Below, piece after piece: positions 36,401-50,135 of a stretch of DNA of 64,000 nt. This DNA comes from Ruditapes philippinarum. Taxonomy: Eukaryota. Position numbers and translations under genes: made by a program. The first letter of the stretch is position 1. Each line of letters opens with the position of its first letter. The notes beneath the pieces were generated by a model. It made no database searches, was not told the origin of the DNA, and saw nothing but the letters and a program-made list of their open reading frames with translations. The stretch is from positions 1 to 64,000 of the forward strand of contig NW_026851617.1 of the NCBI RefSeq assembly GCF_026571515.1, read 5' to 3'.

Positions 36401-39400
36401 TTTCTATTAATGTCAACTAATTTTATTGTAGTCGTTACTTAACAGTTCGTTTCTCTTCAAAAAAGTTTGACAGTCCTGAGAAGGTCACCCTCGGGAGTAA
36501 GATGGTCAATACAGAATCCATCTATCTAATTAACAGAAATAAACGCAGAAACACCAGGGAACATTTCACAGAATAGTTCATGTAAAATTCGTGAGTATAT
36601 TTCTCTGTAATACTACGGCGGATTCCGGGCTTGCTGTCTGCTTATTCCTATCATGATGCCGGCTGATTCCGGACGTGCTGAAGGCTGACCCCAGACGTAC
36701 TGTATTCCGACTGTTGAAAAGGATAAATTTCCTACAAGACACGCCTCCGCGAAGGTATGACAAACTTAAGGTGTGCACATAAGATATTTTAAATGCACTG
36801 GATCATTTAACAAAAGAGAGAAACTCATTAAAATATATATTGATTAAAGCCATTCTGTTTATATGCTCATTTGAAAATAGAATTGAATTGAAATTCAAGT
36901 GTGTTTAAAAAATTAGCCAAGACATTCATTATACCAGGTACAAAAACAAAATAAGAACGTATAATTGTATACAAGTTCTTAAACAAAAAACGTAAATTAT
37001 ATAAATGTATACATGTACATGTATATCCCAATTTAAGACAAATGTTAAAAATAGTGTTTTCCTTTTTTCATTCTTGCATCAAAACAAGTTTTAGTGTTAT
37101 TCACGTCCAAAAGATAAAAAAAATATCTAAAGGTCCTTGCCCAGTTTTAGTAGAATCACTTGTATCTTAATTTAACTGATTTAAATACTAACGATAATAT
37201 CATAAAAATATAAAATTAATAAATAAATATCACTGATTCAGATATTTCGACATTTTTTGTTTAACTGAAGCTTACTAGTGTTTAGCAGAAACAAAAAAAA
37301 ATTGTTAAATTTGTCCACGTATGCTTATGCACATAAATAAATTTATTTTTTCGTATACATTTCATCACTTACATTCTTTAAATAATCCTTAAAATCAACA
37401 TTTTCTAAATAAAAACTTTAAATCACTTAAAAAGTGAATTGTCGCTTAAATACTAAAAATCTATTTAAAGAATTCTATTTATAGACAACCTATTCTAATG
37501 AAATCTCTTCCGAAACCACAAAGTCATAACAACCCTTCCTATGTTTAAAACATATTTATGCAGGTTTTGTTCCATGTATCGATATGAAACCTAAACTACA
37601 TATAGCTTGCCATTCAATTTTAAAACATGAATGTTTTCTGTTATCAGATAGGTATCTGTTACTATGAATAATTTATAATTCAAATAATATAGCCATATAC
37701 GAGTCTGCACATTTAATTGGGACTGTGACCAAAATAATTGCAATAGTTCGAGTCGTCCAGGGAGAATGATCCTAAAGACATCATGCACCGTTCTGAGAAC
37801 ATTGTCCACGTGATTAATATGTAGCAATATTGAATCGTCCGACCTATCTTGAATTAATATATGTAGCCAGTGTCCATAGATAGTACTTCAGCACTAAACA
37901 ATTTTAAATATCACTTTGTTTGCGTGATTATGTAGCCAATTTTCTTATTTTTAAGGAACACATTTTGTCACAATTTCCCATGTGATATTTTACAACATTA
38001 CTGTAAATAATTTTCAAGGAGAACATTTTGTCGCCAATTTCCATGTTATATTTTCATAACTGAGCACAATATGTCGCCAATTTCCATCATGTAGTGCTGT
38101 CATATCAAAGGTTGATGCTCATTTCTTAACGTCCCAAACTGTCGCCAATTTCCATGAAATGATATCAGTTCAAAGGCTAACCAATGCTCTTTTCTTACAA
38201 ATCACAAACTGTCGCCAATTTCCATGTCATGATGATATGAGGTCAAAGGTTTATTTCCCTTTCCTAAACACAAACATTTTCCATTATGTACATTTTAAAA
38301 AAAGCTTATGTTTAGATGCAGTTACATAAGTTATTTTTAGAATCTAAGTTATTTTTAGAATCTAAAGTTATTTTCAGATCCAAATAATGCAGGATGCAGG
38401 AAATTATTCGATAAAAACATGTGTTTAATTCATTTCAATTAAATTGAAAGTCAAAATGGTCTAGCAGTTTATGTCAAAACATAACTATTTTTTAGATAAA
38501 TTATTAACAAGTTCAGTTGATGAAAAAGATCTTGGAAATTTATATATTTTCCTATTTTCCAATGACACTTTATTGAAGGACCCTTCTTTAAAATCTTTTA
38601 TTTAAGTACATTCGACACCTTCAACACACCGTTTTCGAGCAGACGATAAGTCAAACAGTCGCATTCTCTATGCTTTTAAAATCATCCTTTAAACCTTTGT
38701 TTATTATGAGATTTCTTAAAGAATTATCAACGAACTATTTTTCAGCCATTGTCCAATTTTGAAATAGAATCATACAGCTCTTCCAATCCAATTCAGTTCG
38801 ATTCAGTCCAGCTCATTTCAGTTCAGTTCTATCTTAATTGTGTTGTCCATCAAAAGACATGATTTTATTTAAGAGTTTGCAAAACAACCTATATGTCTGT
38901 AGTTTTCCGTTTTAAATATAGATGGAACAGACGCTGAAATATATTCTAAACACATGTTGTTCGTCAACTGGTGTTAACTGTCGGACTGGCAGATTTCTGG
39001 GAGGAAGGTGTGCTTGTTGGCTTTGACCCATCTGCAAAAAGTATTATATGAAAATTATAACATATAACTGAAATAAGTGGCAATGCCGTTCAAGCATTAT
39101 GGTTGACAATAAAAAAATATTAGCGATTTTTTTAAACAATTTTTTTGTCTGTGAAGCAGACGACATTTATTATTTGAAAATTAATATTCTTAAAATACAT
39201 TTCTGATTTTACTTTAGATATAAATCAAGTAAATATAATAATGTCTGTATTTAACGATATCTGAAAAGTTGAGTTTTGTCAGTACGGTAAATCAATAAAC
39301 CTTATATTGTAGAAAAGTCAAACCAAACGACAATAGGAAATATGGCGCCAAAAGTTCACATGGTTATCTGTCTACTGGCTTTATAAAGAAGTTAATTAAT

Positions 39401-39722
39401 CAACTGTAGCATTTTTTTGGATTGGTATTCAGGAAAAATATTTTATTTCATCAAATTCTTTTTAAGGGCCTTTTTCATTTAGAAAGCATGTACACGTCGA
39501 TAGTAACTCAATTGTATTACTTATTTTATTTAATTCAGTCAGGCATAATGATGCATAAAATAAACTATTACGCCCCACCCCTGTCTACACTGAATTTCCT
39601 GAAATAAGTAAAATACAGTTCCAAATTACAAAGGCAAGTCAATTACTTAGTTAAATGGTAAAATGTTTTGCACACGTCAACGGTATGACCGAAACTCTTT
39701 GCATTAATTCATTCTAAAACGG
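33461..39722. mobile_element. ~6.3-kb duplicated cassette, copy 2 (direct orientation)
   Basis: Same ends as copy 1, with many substitutions and indels. It has an extra ~230 bp at ~36632-36865 and only two minisatellite units. Confidence 0.85.
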
Positions 39723-40366
39723 CGTCTATCGCGTTGGCTTGAGCCATGAATTATTTTATTTACAGAATTATTCAAGTCAGTTGCATAGAACTTATCATGG
39801 GAATTTGTCTTCTGCATATCTGTCGAAAGTAATTCAAGTTATGGAAATTACAAGCACCGTTCTCCTTGAAAAATTAGTTTTTTTGAAACAGTATTGTTTA
39901 AAGTGAAGAATTCCAAGTATAAGATGTCTTTACAGAAAGGAGATCTGCAAATGGATTTAGGAGGTTTTGTAAGCTAGTTTGCACTGAAATTTTATTTTCA
40001 TTTCTAATGCTAAAACTGCCTTGTTTCAAACGATTACGTAACAAATTTTCAATCGTTATATGTGATAGCGTTGACACTTGGGTTCATTCTTATAAAAAGT
40101 CGTTTTTTCTAAATGTATGTCATGTGGTCGATATTCGTGTTTTTGAATATCGTTTTCATGTATCATTTTGTCCTTGTATTTGTATATATATCTCTTGTAT
40201 TTGTCTGTTTACAGACCGATATACAATCCATTATCCTATATTATTCCTATATCATTCCATTTCATCATCTCATTATAACAACTAATTTCTCATATTTCAT
40301 TTTGACATAATTTGCATGCCGGGCCTCAGTTTTTACAAACTTCCCGGAAAAAACACCTCACGCATG

Positions 40367-40634
40367 CGCACTTTGATATAAATATTTCTCTTGGTTTGCG
40401 CCAGAAATTGTTATCTTATTTATTTATTTATTTATTTATCAAGGCGTGTGTTTATGTCCTTAAAGTTAATTGTTGTTATTCATTATGTTTCATTATAATG
40501 CATATTTCCATTGATCGTTTATGTATTTCGGAATTGTATTTATGCACTTTGATATAAGTATTTCTATTGGTTTGCGCCAGAAATTGTTATCTTATTTATT
40601 TATTTATTTATCAAGGCGTATGTTTATGTCCTTA
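40367..40634. repeat. ~90-bp direct repeat pair with an internal (TTTA)n tract
   Basis: gcactttgatataa.tatttct.ttggtttgcgccagaaattgttatcttatttattt...atcaaggcgt.tgtttatgtcctta at ~40367-40463 and ~40544-40634. Confidence 0.8.
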
Positions 40635-41125
40635 CAGGCGTAAAATACTATTCATACATGTGAAAAGGACCATACGACATGTATTTTCTAAGAATATAAA
40701 TGAAAAGGCTAGAAAACAGGAAAATTTTAGCTTCTTTAAACACTCAATCCGATGTACATATCGTTCTGTTTGTACACCTGTACATTGATTACGATATAGA
40801 GAAAATGGAAGATAATGTATATTTGTTTTCGTTCTATGAGTCTGTCGACCGAAACCTTTATCATAAACATTATCATATTCATGCTAAAAGGCCCATTAAA
40901 GGACGCAAACTTTGTGTCTTATAAGTTATCTCATTTCTCCCTCCCCCAACTTCTTGACAAGTGCGTTATGTTTATGCCTGAGCCACGGAGCGCCATCTAT
41001 ATTAACCGCCTATCTACCTATAAGTCTATCTATCGTGAATGGATTTCATGCAAGCGAAACTATTTTTTGTTGCTTATTTTGTAAAGACATTTCTTTTTTC
41101 CGAATAATGTTATATATATACCTAC

Positions 41126-41333
41126 CATTATTTCTACTACCCCATATTTCTAGCAGATATTTCAGGACCTCAATATGTTTACTGTATTCTAGTGTCTCGT
41201 CGTCGGACCCGACGGATGAAGGACAGAGCAGGACTGGACCCAGACACACTGCCAGCTGTTCAAGCCCCATCTTGTTCTTGTCGCTATGTGACGCCACTTC
41301 ATGCAGATGGTTGAGCACCAAGGACATCGTCTC
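41126..41333 (-). CDS. syd-1: SYD-1/SYDE-like RhoGAP, exon encoding the C-terminal part of the RhoGAP domain (reads on to a stop at 41046 if unspliced)
   Basis: ttttcag|ETMSLVLNHLHEVASHSDKNKMGLEQLAVCLGPVLLCP..HIEVLKYLLEIW. The NKM..LA..GP.L GAP motif is present. Possible donor gtaggt at 41125. Confidence 0.85.
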
Positions 41334-42367
41334 CTGAAAATGACGTCATTTTTTAAACAGGATGTGACGTCAAATCCAAATTTCACTAATTTTCAGTATT
41401 TACTGTTGCGTTAATTAATAGGTTATAATTATAACACTATTGTGATAAAAAGTCTTAAACTCAAAATTGTAAATGGTATATGGTAATAGATTGTATTTAT
41501 ATAGTCTGAATACAGTGCAAAGAATGTGAAAACAATTAAATTACATGTTGCCTAGATATAAAAATACAATAACAATATACTTTCATTGGGTAAATTATTT
41601 AATTTTGACTTTTACACCTCAAAAACATTGTAGCATTATTTAACGCGGTTATGCACTTTTAACTGTTTACCAAAATACAGATTTAACTCACTACAGTGTT
41701 GGAGCAGTACCTCAAGACGCTTGCAGAAATAATTATAACAAAGTAGAAAAATATCGCTTGTTTTCGTCAATTCTACCATTTTTCATTTATGTTTGTACAT
41801 AAATCGGTGTAAAAAGATGAATTAGACGCTTTAAAGTTATTTCGGAGGCTGAAAAGGCGAGATTTTAGCATTAATTTTGATCTTTCAAGCGTTTTGTCCG
41901 ATATATACCGAAATACGACAGTTAGTGTGATGCTACAATATACTTTTAGTTTTGCTCAAAACAACGATTGGTGATTCGATACTGCAATGCTTTTTAATCA
42001 AACTATTATCTAAACCTCGCTGATTGATTTGTAACAAAATCCTCTCTGAATACATGCAACGTCTCTGTGTTTAATCGTAACTTTTCTATACTTCTCACTC
42101 TTCATGACCGCCAAAATCCAATTTGTAGTTTCTTTTAACAATTATTAAGCTTGTTTCATAATGAATTGTCTTTCCCTTTTTTGAAATGTGAATCGAATTA
42201 TATCTTGATTAATACATTGTAAGAGGCTTAACACAGTGGCATCGTATTGAATTTTTGAAACGGAGATGGGTGTTAAATTCTTATATCAAAAGAAGATTTC
42301 AAAGAAGCTGGCGTTTGTACTCGTTATCAAAATTAGAATCTCCTTTCCAAAGTGAATTAATGCTTAA

Positions 42368-42712
42368 AGGGACTCCACTGAGATTCTGTTTTTTTACATG
42401 ATTGGACTGAAAATAATTTTTCGAGATTGATGTTTCATTTGAAGTACGTTTAGATTAATAACTTGTGTGTTTTATCAGAACAATTATTTTTATTTTGAAA
42501 AAAGAAAGACCCAATATTGAAAAGCGTTGCAACGCTTTGCACTCAAATTAGGCTAATAATAGCACAAAGATACGATTTTCATTTTAATTACTTTTCATAT
42601 TTCTTGCTTATCTCTTGTACGAGTATAACTGTCTGTTTTGAGTGCCCCAGCTGATTTATTTAAGAAATTAATATTTTATGTTTAAAAGTATTTGGACCTC
42701 AGTGGAGTTCCT
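42368..42712. mobile_element. TTAA-flanked ~345-bp MITE (Kolobok-like ends), intronic
   Basis: ttaa|agggactccactgag ... ctcagtggagttcct|ttaa. A diverged inverted relative lies at 59482-59838. Confidence 0.8.
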
Positions 42713-43613
42713 TTAAATAAATGTAATACATAAATATAATGATGCGAATGTAAGATAAAAGAATTTGTACAGCGTTTTCAAACAAATAAAAAGTGGTTAT
42801 TATTCGTGTCTCAAATGTTAAAAGAAAAAATGACAATACAGTGTCAAAAGAATTAACAAAATACGAAAATACTATGCCCTTATTTAGTTTCTGAAATATT
42901 TAATAGAAATTTCTGAAATATTCAATTTGTTTCTCACAAATTTACTGTAACAACGCATTAAAATCGTTAAGGATTTAATCTTCAAGACTTAAAATCCCAT
43001 AATTCATAAGAAGTTGTGATATTTATAGAAATAGTTTGCGTGGGATGGCATTTGATTTATAACCGTTAAAATTGCGCACGTTTTAAAACACGCCATAAAT
43101 ATGTTCACTCCTTGGTAGGAAGTATTCTGTATGGATCGATCATTCAATATTGCTAGGCAATTGTATATTTTGTTTGAATTGTTTTAAAATACCAGCACCG
43201 AAAAGTCACCGTCATGTAATGACTGTTCTGGGAGAAATGCATTTTAGGTAAAACAACGTAAAATGTAAAAAAGGAAACTTGAAACAAGCACGGAGAAAGT
43301 TCTTAAACTTGATAAAACAGAATAAGGACTGAAACAAATAAAAGAGAAAAAATACGAGGGTCACCAACCTATTTTTTTAATGAACTGCCTTTTATGCTCT
43401 CCCTTAAACGTTTATAAATAGTTTAACTAAAAATAACCATGCACACGCATGCGCATTATTCATTCAAGTATAAACACGAAAGTCCAGTAATCTTTAATAC
43501 ATGTATAGTAAAAATCCATGACCATTGTTAAAGAAGAATAAGAAAAATAGGAAGCAGCCGCTTTCATTGAAATCACGATGAAATATTTGTGTAAAAGTGT
43601 CAGACACCCATAC

Positions 43614-43774
43614 CTGATTGGATTTTGGAAGGCACTCTAGTATGCTAAGCATGAGTTTTGCACTCCCATCTGGGTCACTCGGAAGGCGTACGCTTAGAGC
43701 ATCAAGCATCATCTGATAGAGAGCGTTCGTCACAAGTGGTTCAGGTAACTCCCGGAAGTAGTCTTTGAGAACAC
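43614..43774 (-). CDS. syd-1: SYD-1/SYDE-like RhoGAP, middle RhoGAP exon
   Basis: tttcag|(G)VLKDYFRELPEPLVTNALYQMMLDALSVRLPSDPDGSAKLMLSILECLPKSNQ|gtatgg. Phases fit both neighbouring exons. Confidence 0.9.
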
Positions 43775-44342
43775 CTGAAAAATAAATTCACAATCATATA
43801 AGTGTTATCGAGGAAGATTGACTTATTTATATTTATAACAAGAATATGTTTCACTGGATGCATTCAAGGACTGTATGCCCGTTCATTACGGAATATTAGG
43901 TACTGAAAATTTACCGTACTTAATTAATGTACGGCTATTTTGTTTTGTTTTAGCTGTTCAGGAAACGAAAGCATACTTGTGCGCTTTGTATCAATGTATT
44001 TTTATATAGGCTATATTGAAACAACGTGGAACTAACAGCTTGTTTGTCCTTTAATTTATAAAATAACGTTAATATAGAGAAAAAATGAATACATAAAAAA
44101 TAAATAATAATTCTAGTCCAAGTATGAACATTTATATACAAATATATCACTAAATGACTATAGTTCAATCAATCAAGATAAAAAAACACCGAAGTAAAAA
44201 GGCTTATATACAAGTTTTTTTTCAGGTAAGGTACTGAATGTAACTCTGGTTTGCTATGCTTCATTAGCATTGACAATTTTGCAAAATAAATTACTATTAC
44301 TTTCTACTATTTGATGCCTAGCCGGCTTTACTTAACTCTCAA

Positions 44343-44518
44343 TTAACCTTTTACCTTTCTGGAACCGGAAGTGTGCAGACTTGTTGCAGTCTTACCAGGG
44401 GCTAAACTGTTTGCTACTTTACTTAGGTTTTTATCTTAACCCCAAAATTGATAATGGGAAGTTCCAAAAATTGAAGCTGGACGAGTGTACTTTAGAAATT
44501 CAGCAAGGCAAGGGTTAA
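44343..44518. mobile_element. Degenerate TTAA-flanked MITE (piggyBac-like CC(C)TT...AAGGG ends)
   Basis: ttaaccttttacct ... agcaaggcaagggttaa. Confidence 0.45.
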
Positions 44519-46754
44519 CATAAATGAATATTTTCATCAAGGGAGAGAATTAACTTCCTTGATTTATTGTAATTTTTTTATTAAAAGGGAGAGAATTTAC
44601 TTCCTTCAACAATAAGGGAGAAATTAGAGAAATTACTAACAGCAAATTCTAATTACAAACCACTAAGAAAATGTCATTGTATTAGTATTACGTAAAGTGA
44701 GTGCTTTAAGCAGTTTCCTTATATAATAAATTTATGTAATGACATTCACTACTCAGTACAGGAAGGCGAGATGTAATATAGAAATTTGAATATCGTTTTG
44801 CTAATAATATGTTCCCCATAAATGGCATTCAATAAACAGAATATATAATAGTTCCGATAATCATGCCTTTCCCTTAAATTTTACATAACGCAGACTTGTG
44901 CCATTAAATCCGGTGACCTTTAATACTGAACAGAATTGTAAAAGGTGTGGAAGAGCTATACAAGCAATAGATGTCTTGTTTCGCGAATTCCAGCATTGTT
45001 CAATTAATGAAGTTTTCCATCAATATTTAATCACAGTAATTTGGCATTTGCCATTGTATTCCCTGAAACACTGAACGGCCTCGATGCTGTTGTTCTGTGG
45101 TTAGATCAATACTGAAAGCCAAGCTTAGAGATTCTGTTTTACCGAGTGCTAGCTTAAACAGTACGTTTGACACGTATGTTAACGGATTGATATTGAAGCC
45201 GACAATCATCTGAAATATGAAGTGTGGTAGTAGCACCATGGAAATACTTCTTTGTAATTTAGTGTTCTCACGCCTTTTCCACGGGAAACATTTGCGTGTG
45301 AGCAAAATCATTTTAAGTAGACTACTTCAATATTGTATTTTGTTTTCTTAAAAAATCCATAATATCGTTATGAAAATATGAAATGATTTGCAGACATGAA
45401 AAGACATATAACAGTACATTGCAATTAGAGATAAATGAAAAAAATCGTACGGAAAGGAACGATGTCTTTGTACTCATATTCGGTTGTCTAATTTAATCGT
45501 TCGTTTACGCCATTGCTTTCTGGTCTTGTAAACGTCAAGGAAAAACATCAACGAAATACATCGTTAAATTAACTTGACACTATTTTGTTTCAGCCTAAAA
45601 GTATGAAACCTACAAAGCACATCTATGGTCTATTATATTACAGAATTGCAATGGAGTTGACAACTAATCTCCATTGATCTACAAGACTATTTCACCTGTC
45701 AAAGAAAATTCTCATAATACTTTCCTTTAAGCGGGTATATACTTTGAAAGAATGTATGAACAATATACAATAATGTAGATGAATGGGCGAATCAAAGTAA
45801 AGCCGGGAATACCACAGGAAATTGCATCGCTCATTTTTTTCTTTAATAAAAGAAACAATGTGTATAAAAGCTGTTAAAAATATTGAATCATACATAATTT
45901 TCAAACAACTCTAGTTAAAGCACGTTGAAAAATATTTAAGTTATATTCAGCTATGGAGAAACTTTAAACTATTAATTTCATTTTTTTTAATCAGAAGATC
46001 CTGAATCAAATTGTAATGTGATCGTTTACAGAATTAATTGATCGTTTACAGAATTAATTAATGTAAACATTTTGCTAACTGTAACAAGTGCGTGACTGGT
46101 ACTTATTAACGTTAAACGACCACAAAGATATATTACTCCCAACACGCGTAAAATCTAGACCAAATGAGTATAACTAGGCAATAGAATTTATAAGTGACAC
46201 AGATACCGTTGACCTCACTCCTTTGCGGTACTTTTGGTCCTGAAACTAATATTTCCAAGATGTATTCCTTTTAGAACGTTTACCATAGGTTTTCGAAATT
46301 TAAGAACTAAAAGACACTTTAACCTTCCATATTACTGAACCTTAGACAAACATGACGTTTGAAGTTATGGAACTGTTAATAAAAATAATTGTCACAATGA
46401 AAAAAAAAACCCGGCATGAATTCATACTTTCTTTGATAAGCAAATACTAGAATTTGAAATACGTGATAAACAAAACAGATATTATATACGGATTTGAGTT
46501 TGGCACTTTAGACCCGTAACCTGTAAGAGGCAATATATTATACCCATGCGACCAGTGCAAACCAAGATAAGCCGGTACGGACCGTGGTCTGCGCTGTTTG
46601 CTATGCAGTCAGTACTTCTTTTGAGTTTCTTTCCAAAAAAAATATATGACGGAAAGATGGACAAATCTATTTCAGATACACTGTGTTATGACATATTCAC
46701 CATATTATTTTGTTATTTGATATATTTCAGAAAGTAAGAACACCAACAACTCAC

Positions 46755-47894
46755 CAGTTATAACGTGTATATCAGAAACATTATCCGGAGAAAGGTCCAC
46801 CGTTGAAGAATTCTTTTCAAAAACTTCACGGAGTTGTGCTTTTCTGCGCGACGAGCCACAAAGTCTGTATATACCAACTACTTCTAAACCGCGGCGTTCT
46901 ATTTCTTCTATACTTTTCACAACCAAGAGAGGGACATTTGCACTTCCTTGACCCCGTTTTATAACAGTATCTATATCAACACCAAACACCCCGTCACTTT
47001 TAACAGACGGTAATCGTTGTAGTATTTCTTTGGGTTCTTTATAGAGGAGGGTGAGGTAAAGAAGTCCTTTGGGTTCCATTTTAAGAGCTATTTTTTTCTT
47101 TCTTCCAGGGTCTATAAATCCGGGTAAAAATATAGAACCATGAAAACACAACCTATGTTTATAATTAGGATCCCAATTATAAATTAAGAAAGACACGTCT
47201 CTAGCATTTTCGAGGTCAATATCGAAAGCTTCGTCCCAGTCAAAATTGACTGCACCCGTCCGTATCATTGTTCTAGCTTTATTAATAGAATCTATAGACA
47301 AAACACAATATAGATCCCGTAATGTCATCTTAGCGCACTTTAAACCTTGGCCACATAACACGTGCACACACAGAATTCCATCATGCCCGTTCGAACGGGC
47401 GAACTCGTTTCGCTTCTTAAGATCAATCTTATAACAATCAAAATCACCATACGCGATCTGCAATGGTCGCTTAGCTAATTGCAAATCTCTGAACCTACTG
47501 GCAGAAGTTCGAGTTATAGTTTTACCATTAGTGTCTATAGCTTTACTAGATTCAGCGTTTGACGCTGTATTAATTGAGGTAGATGTGGTAGGGGGCGCTT
47601 TCGGCCCCTTCGATGAAGAATGCATATGTGGCTTTGAGTATCTCGCTTCCTGAGTGAGGGGGGGTTCTATCGTAGCATATGGGTCCTCCATTTGATATGT
47701 TTTGTACGACAGCAGACAGTCAGCGCTATGTTTCCGAAGGAGTTTCACGTGCGATGGCGTTTGCGTCGCAGCGGCCACTTTCCGGTTTGGCACGGGGGAA
47801 AGAGATTTAGTGGCATAGCTGCTACTTGGCGAGGAGTAGATAGTACCATATTCATCCGAACAGTAGCCTTCAGCACGAGAATACCCTATAGCAC
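46755..47894 (-). CDS. syd-1: SYD-1/SYDE/RhoGAP100F-like protein, large exon: disordered region, C2 domain and start of RhoGAP
   Basis: Acceptor ttgcag at 47895 and donor gtgagt at 46754. C2 domain GILCVHVLCGQGL..LRDLYCVL..KARTMIRTGAVNFDWDEAFDIDL..HRLCFHG; GAP start GVFGVD..VPLLVVKSIEEIERRGLEVVGIYRLCGS with the Arg finger. C2+RhoGAP with YRLCGS is characteristic of this family. Upstream exons were not located. Confidence 0.9.
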
Positions 47895-48013
47895 CTGCAA
47901 TTAATATAATAGTTTTTTGTCAATTTTATTAGTCATCTAAATATACACTGTTCAAATAAACTACATGTGTTTATTTATAATTGATTATTTCTATAAATTC
48001 TGTCTGTTGACTT

Positions 48014-48093
48014 ATTCATTCATTCATTCATTCATTTTCTCATTCATTCATTAATTCATTCATTCAATCCATCACAGTCAATGGCAATCAATG

Positions 48094-48126
<33 letters not shown>

Positions 48127-48140
48127 TCATTCATTCATTC
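48014..48140. repeat. Compound (TTCA)n/(ATCA)n microsatellite
   Basis: Direct reading of the sequence. Confidence 0.9.
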
Positions 48141-49049
48141 TTCGTTCACTCATTAACCCACTCGTTCATATTCACTAGTTCTTTCACATATACCGTGAAT
48201 CACCCTATCTTTGAAGTCTGCATTGAACGACCGTACAAGTCAACACTAAGCAAACAGTGTTTCTAAAAATAATTATCATCTTGATGTATGAACGTGCATT
48301 TGCATGCAATTACAAATGTGATTCATAAAATGGCAGTCTTAAACAAGAATCTCATCGATTTCCAATTCGCTCTTAACGTGTTTAAAAGGCCATAAAATTC
48401 ATGTTATTATATAGAACTTTTCACAGGGAAAAAACATGATTTCATCCGTCCTGCCGTTCGATAAATCTGTACGGAGATTTTGTGATCGTCTGCAATTGAC
48501 CTATATAAGTGTGACATTTCCTAACTTCATGGTTTTACCAATTTCTTTTTTTTTCGAGAATCATTTTTTAAATACCATTTATTACTGCTTCTTGGTATTA
48601 ACAGTATTTATTTCATATAATACAAACATATACAATTATGATACAACAACATTATATAAAACAGGATTGAAAAGGAAGTCAAAGACTTATCATGTAGATT
48701 TCTTTCCTGTGAATACTGCTTCTTAAAAAACGGTATGTTTATTCTTTTAAATGTTTTGTTTTAGCACGATTTCCGGTTTTAAACAGACCGGAAGTGATCA
48801 TTTTGAAAGACGAAAGTTCCGGTTTTATAACTCATTAAACTCTATATACATGCAAAATTCATTATTTTGCTTTGCAAAGACAAAGAAAACCCCCAAATGA
48901 TTTTGACAGAAGATATGATGTGACAGAATAATACATGTACAAATACATGTATTATGTATATTGTTTGAATTTTGTTTCCAGATTAAACGTTTTTGTTTTT
49001 TTTCCGTTCCTTTTTTGTCTCCCCTGAATCTAAATTGGGACTAGAAAAT

Positions 49050-49218
49050 GAGTTCCTTATAAGCGATACTTCCTTATAAGCGTGTTAGCTATTACCGTTT
49101 TATTATATTAGAAAAAGAAGGCCAAAATTCTCCCCCCCCCCCAAAAAAAAAAAAAAGAAAGTTCTTTATAACCGGAAGTTCGCTATAACCGTGTTCGCTA
49201 TAAGCGAAGTTTACTGTA
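49050..49218 (-). mobile_element. Truncated Tc1/mariner-pogo-type MITE end with sub-terminal repeats
   Basis: Repeated gttc(c/g)(c/t)tataa(g/c)cg units ending in aagtttactg|ta (CAGT-type terminus plus TA). Confidence 0.5.
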
Positions 49219-50044
49219 TACAATGCCTCTCTTCACTCAAAGATGAATAGATATGAGGAATGAACGAGACAAGTTATTTCATGGAAACTGTGGTCTGAAC
49301 TGTATTTGTCTGGAATTGTAATTATTTATATAGCTTTCTGTGTCTGCTATGTCTGCCATAATAAAGGGAGTTTGAATGAAGCAGACGAGATCGGGGAGAC
49401 TTATAGTTAATATACCGTAGACATTATGTACGAATGTTTAAGATCTTTTTATTTTGCATAAAGTATGTGAATGGGTATATATTGCTTGTTGGCAGATTTT
49501 ACTCGTAAAAAAAACAGGCTCGGACGCCTAATAATTCAAACGACTTTTGTTCATCAACGAAAAGAATATAAAATATAAAACAAAATGGTCATCATCTTTT
49601 TCTTTGCTCATCTTAGTAGCTTTGACATTCCTTTCGTTGTAAAACGTGTGTTTTTTTCTTCTTTTTTAACACAATTATTGTAACTTATTAAGCATAATTA
49701 TAGACCATTAAATCGTTTCAATTTGCAAATAAGCAGACGAAAAAGTATGTATTATATCTAAATGAGAAAATTCAAACTAAAAATCCTCATTTTTTTTACA
49801 TTATACAAGGCAAGGAGAATAAGATAGGTGTGCTTGAAATAAAATACAAGTTCAACTTCATTGATTTTTATTTACAACTTTCGTTCACGTCGTTTCTTTT
49901 TCCTATCAATGCTGAAGAACAACTGACCTGAACTATTTGCAAAAACTGTGTTAATATCTAAAATGAATTATAAAACGTTCAATTATAGATGCAATTCAAA
50001 TGCAATATTTCAAAAGTTACATGTATAAACATCATTTGATACTA

Positions 50045-50135
50045 CAGTAAAACCTCTCCAGAGAAATACCCTCTGATAGACAAAGATTTGGGCTTTTGCT
50101 GAAAGGTTTGTTCTCTAGAGAGTTCAGTTTTACTG
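50045..50135. mobile_element. 91-bp Tc1/mariner-pogo-type MITE with TA TSD
   Basis: ta|cagtaaaac ... gttttactg|ta, with an inner ctctccagagaa / ttctctagagag inverted pair. Confidence 0.65.

Noticed and set aside
45027-45311. 94-aa minus-strand ORF in a RhoGAP intron as an extra exon
   Set aside because: The flanking exons join in phase and give a continuous GAP domain (HVITG-VLKDYFRELPEPL) without it.
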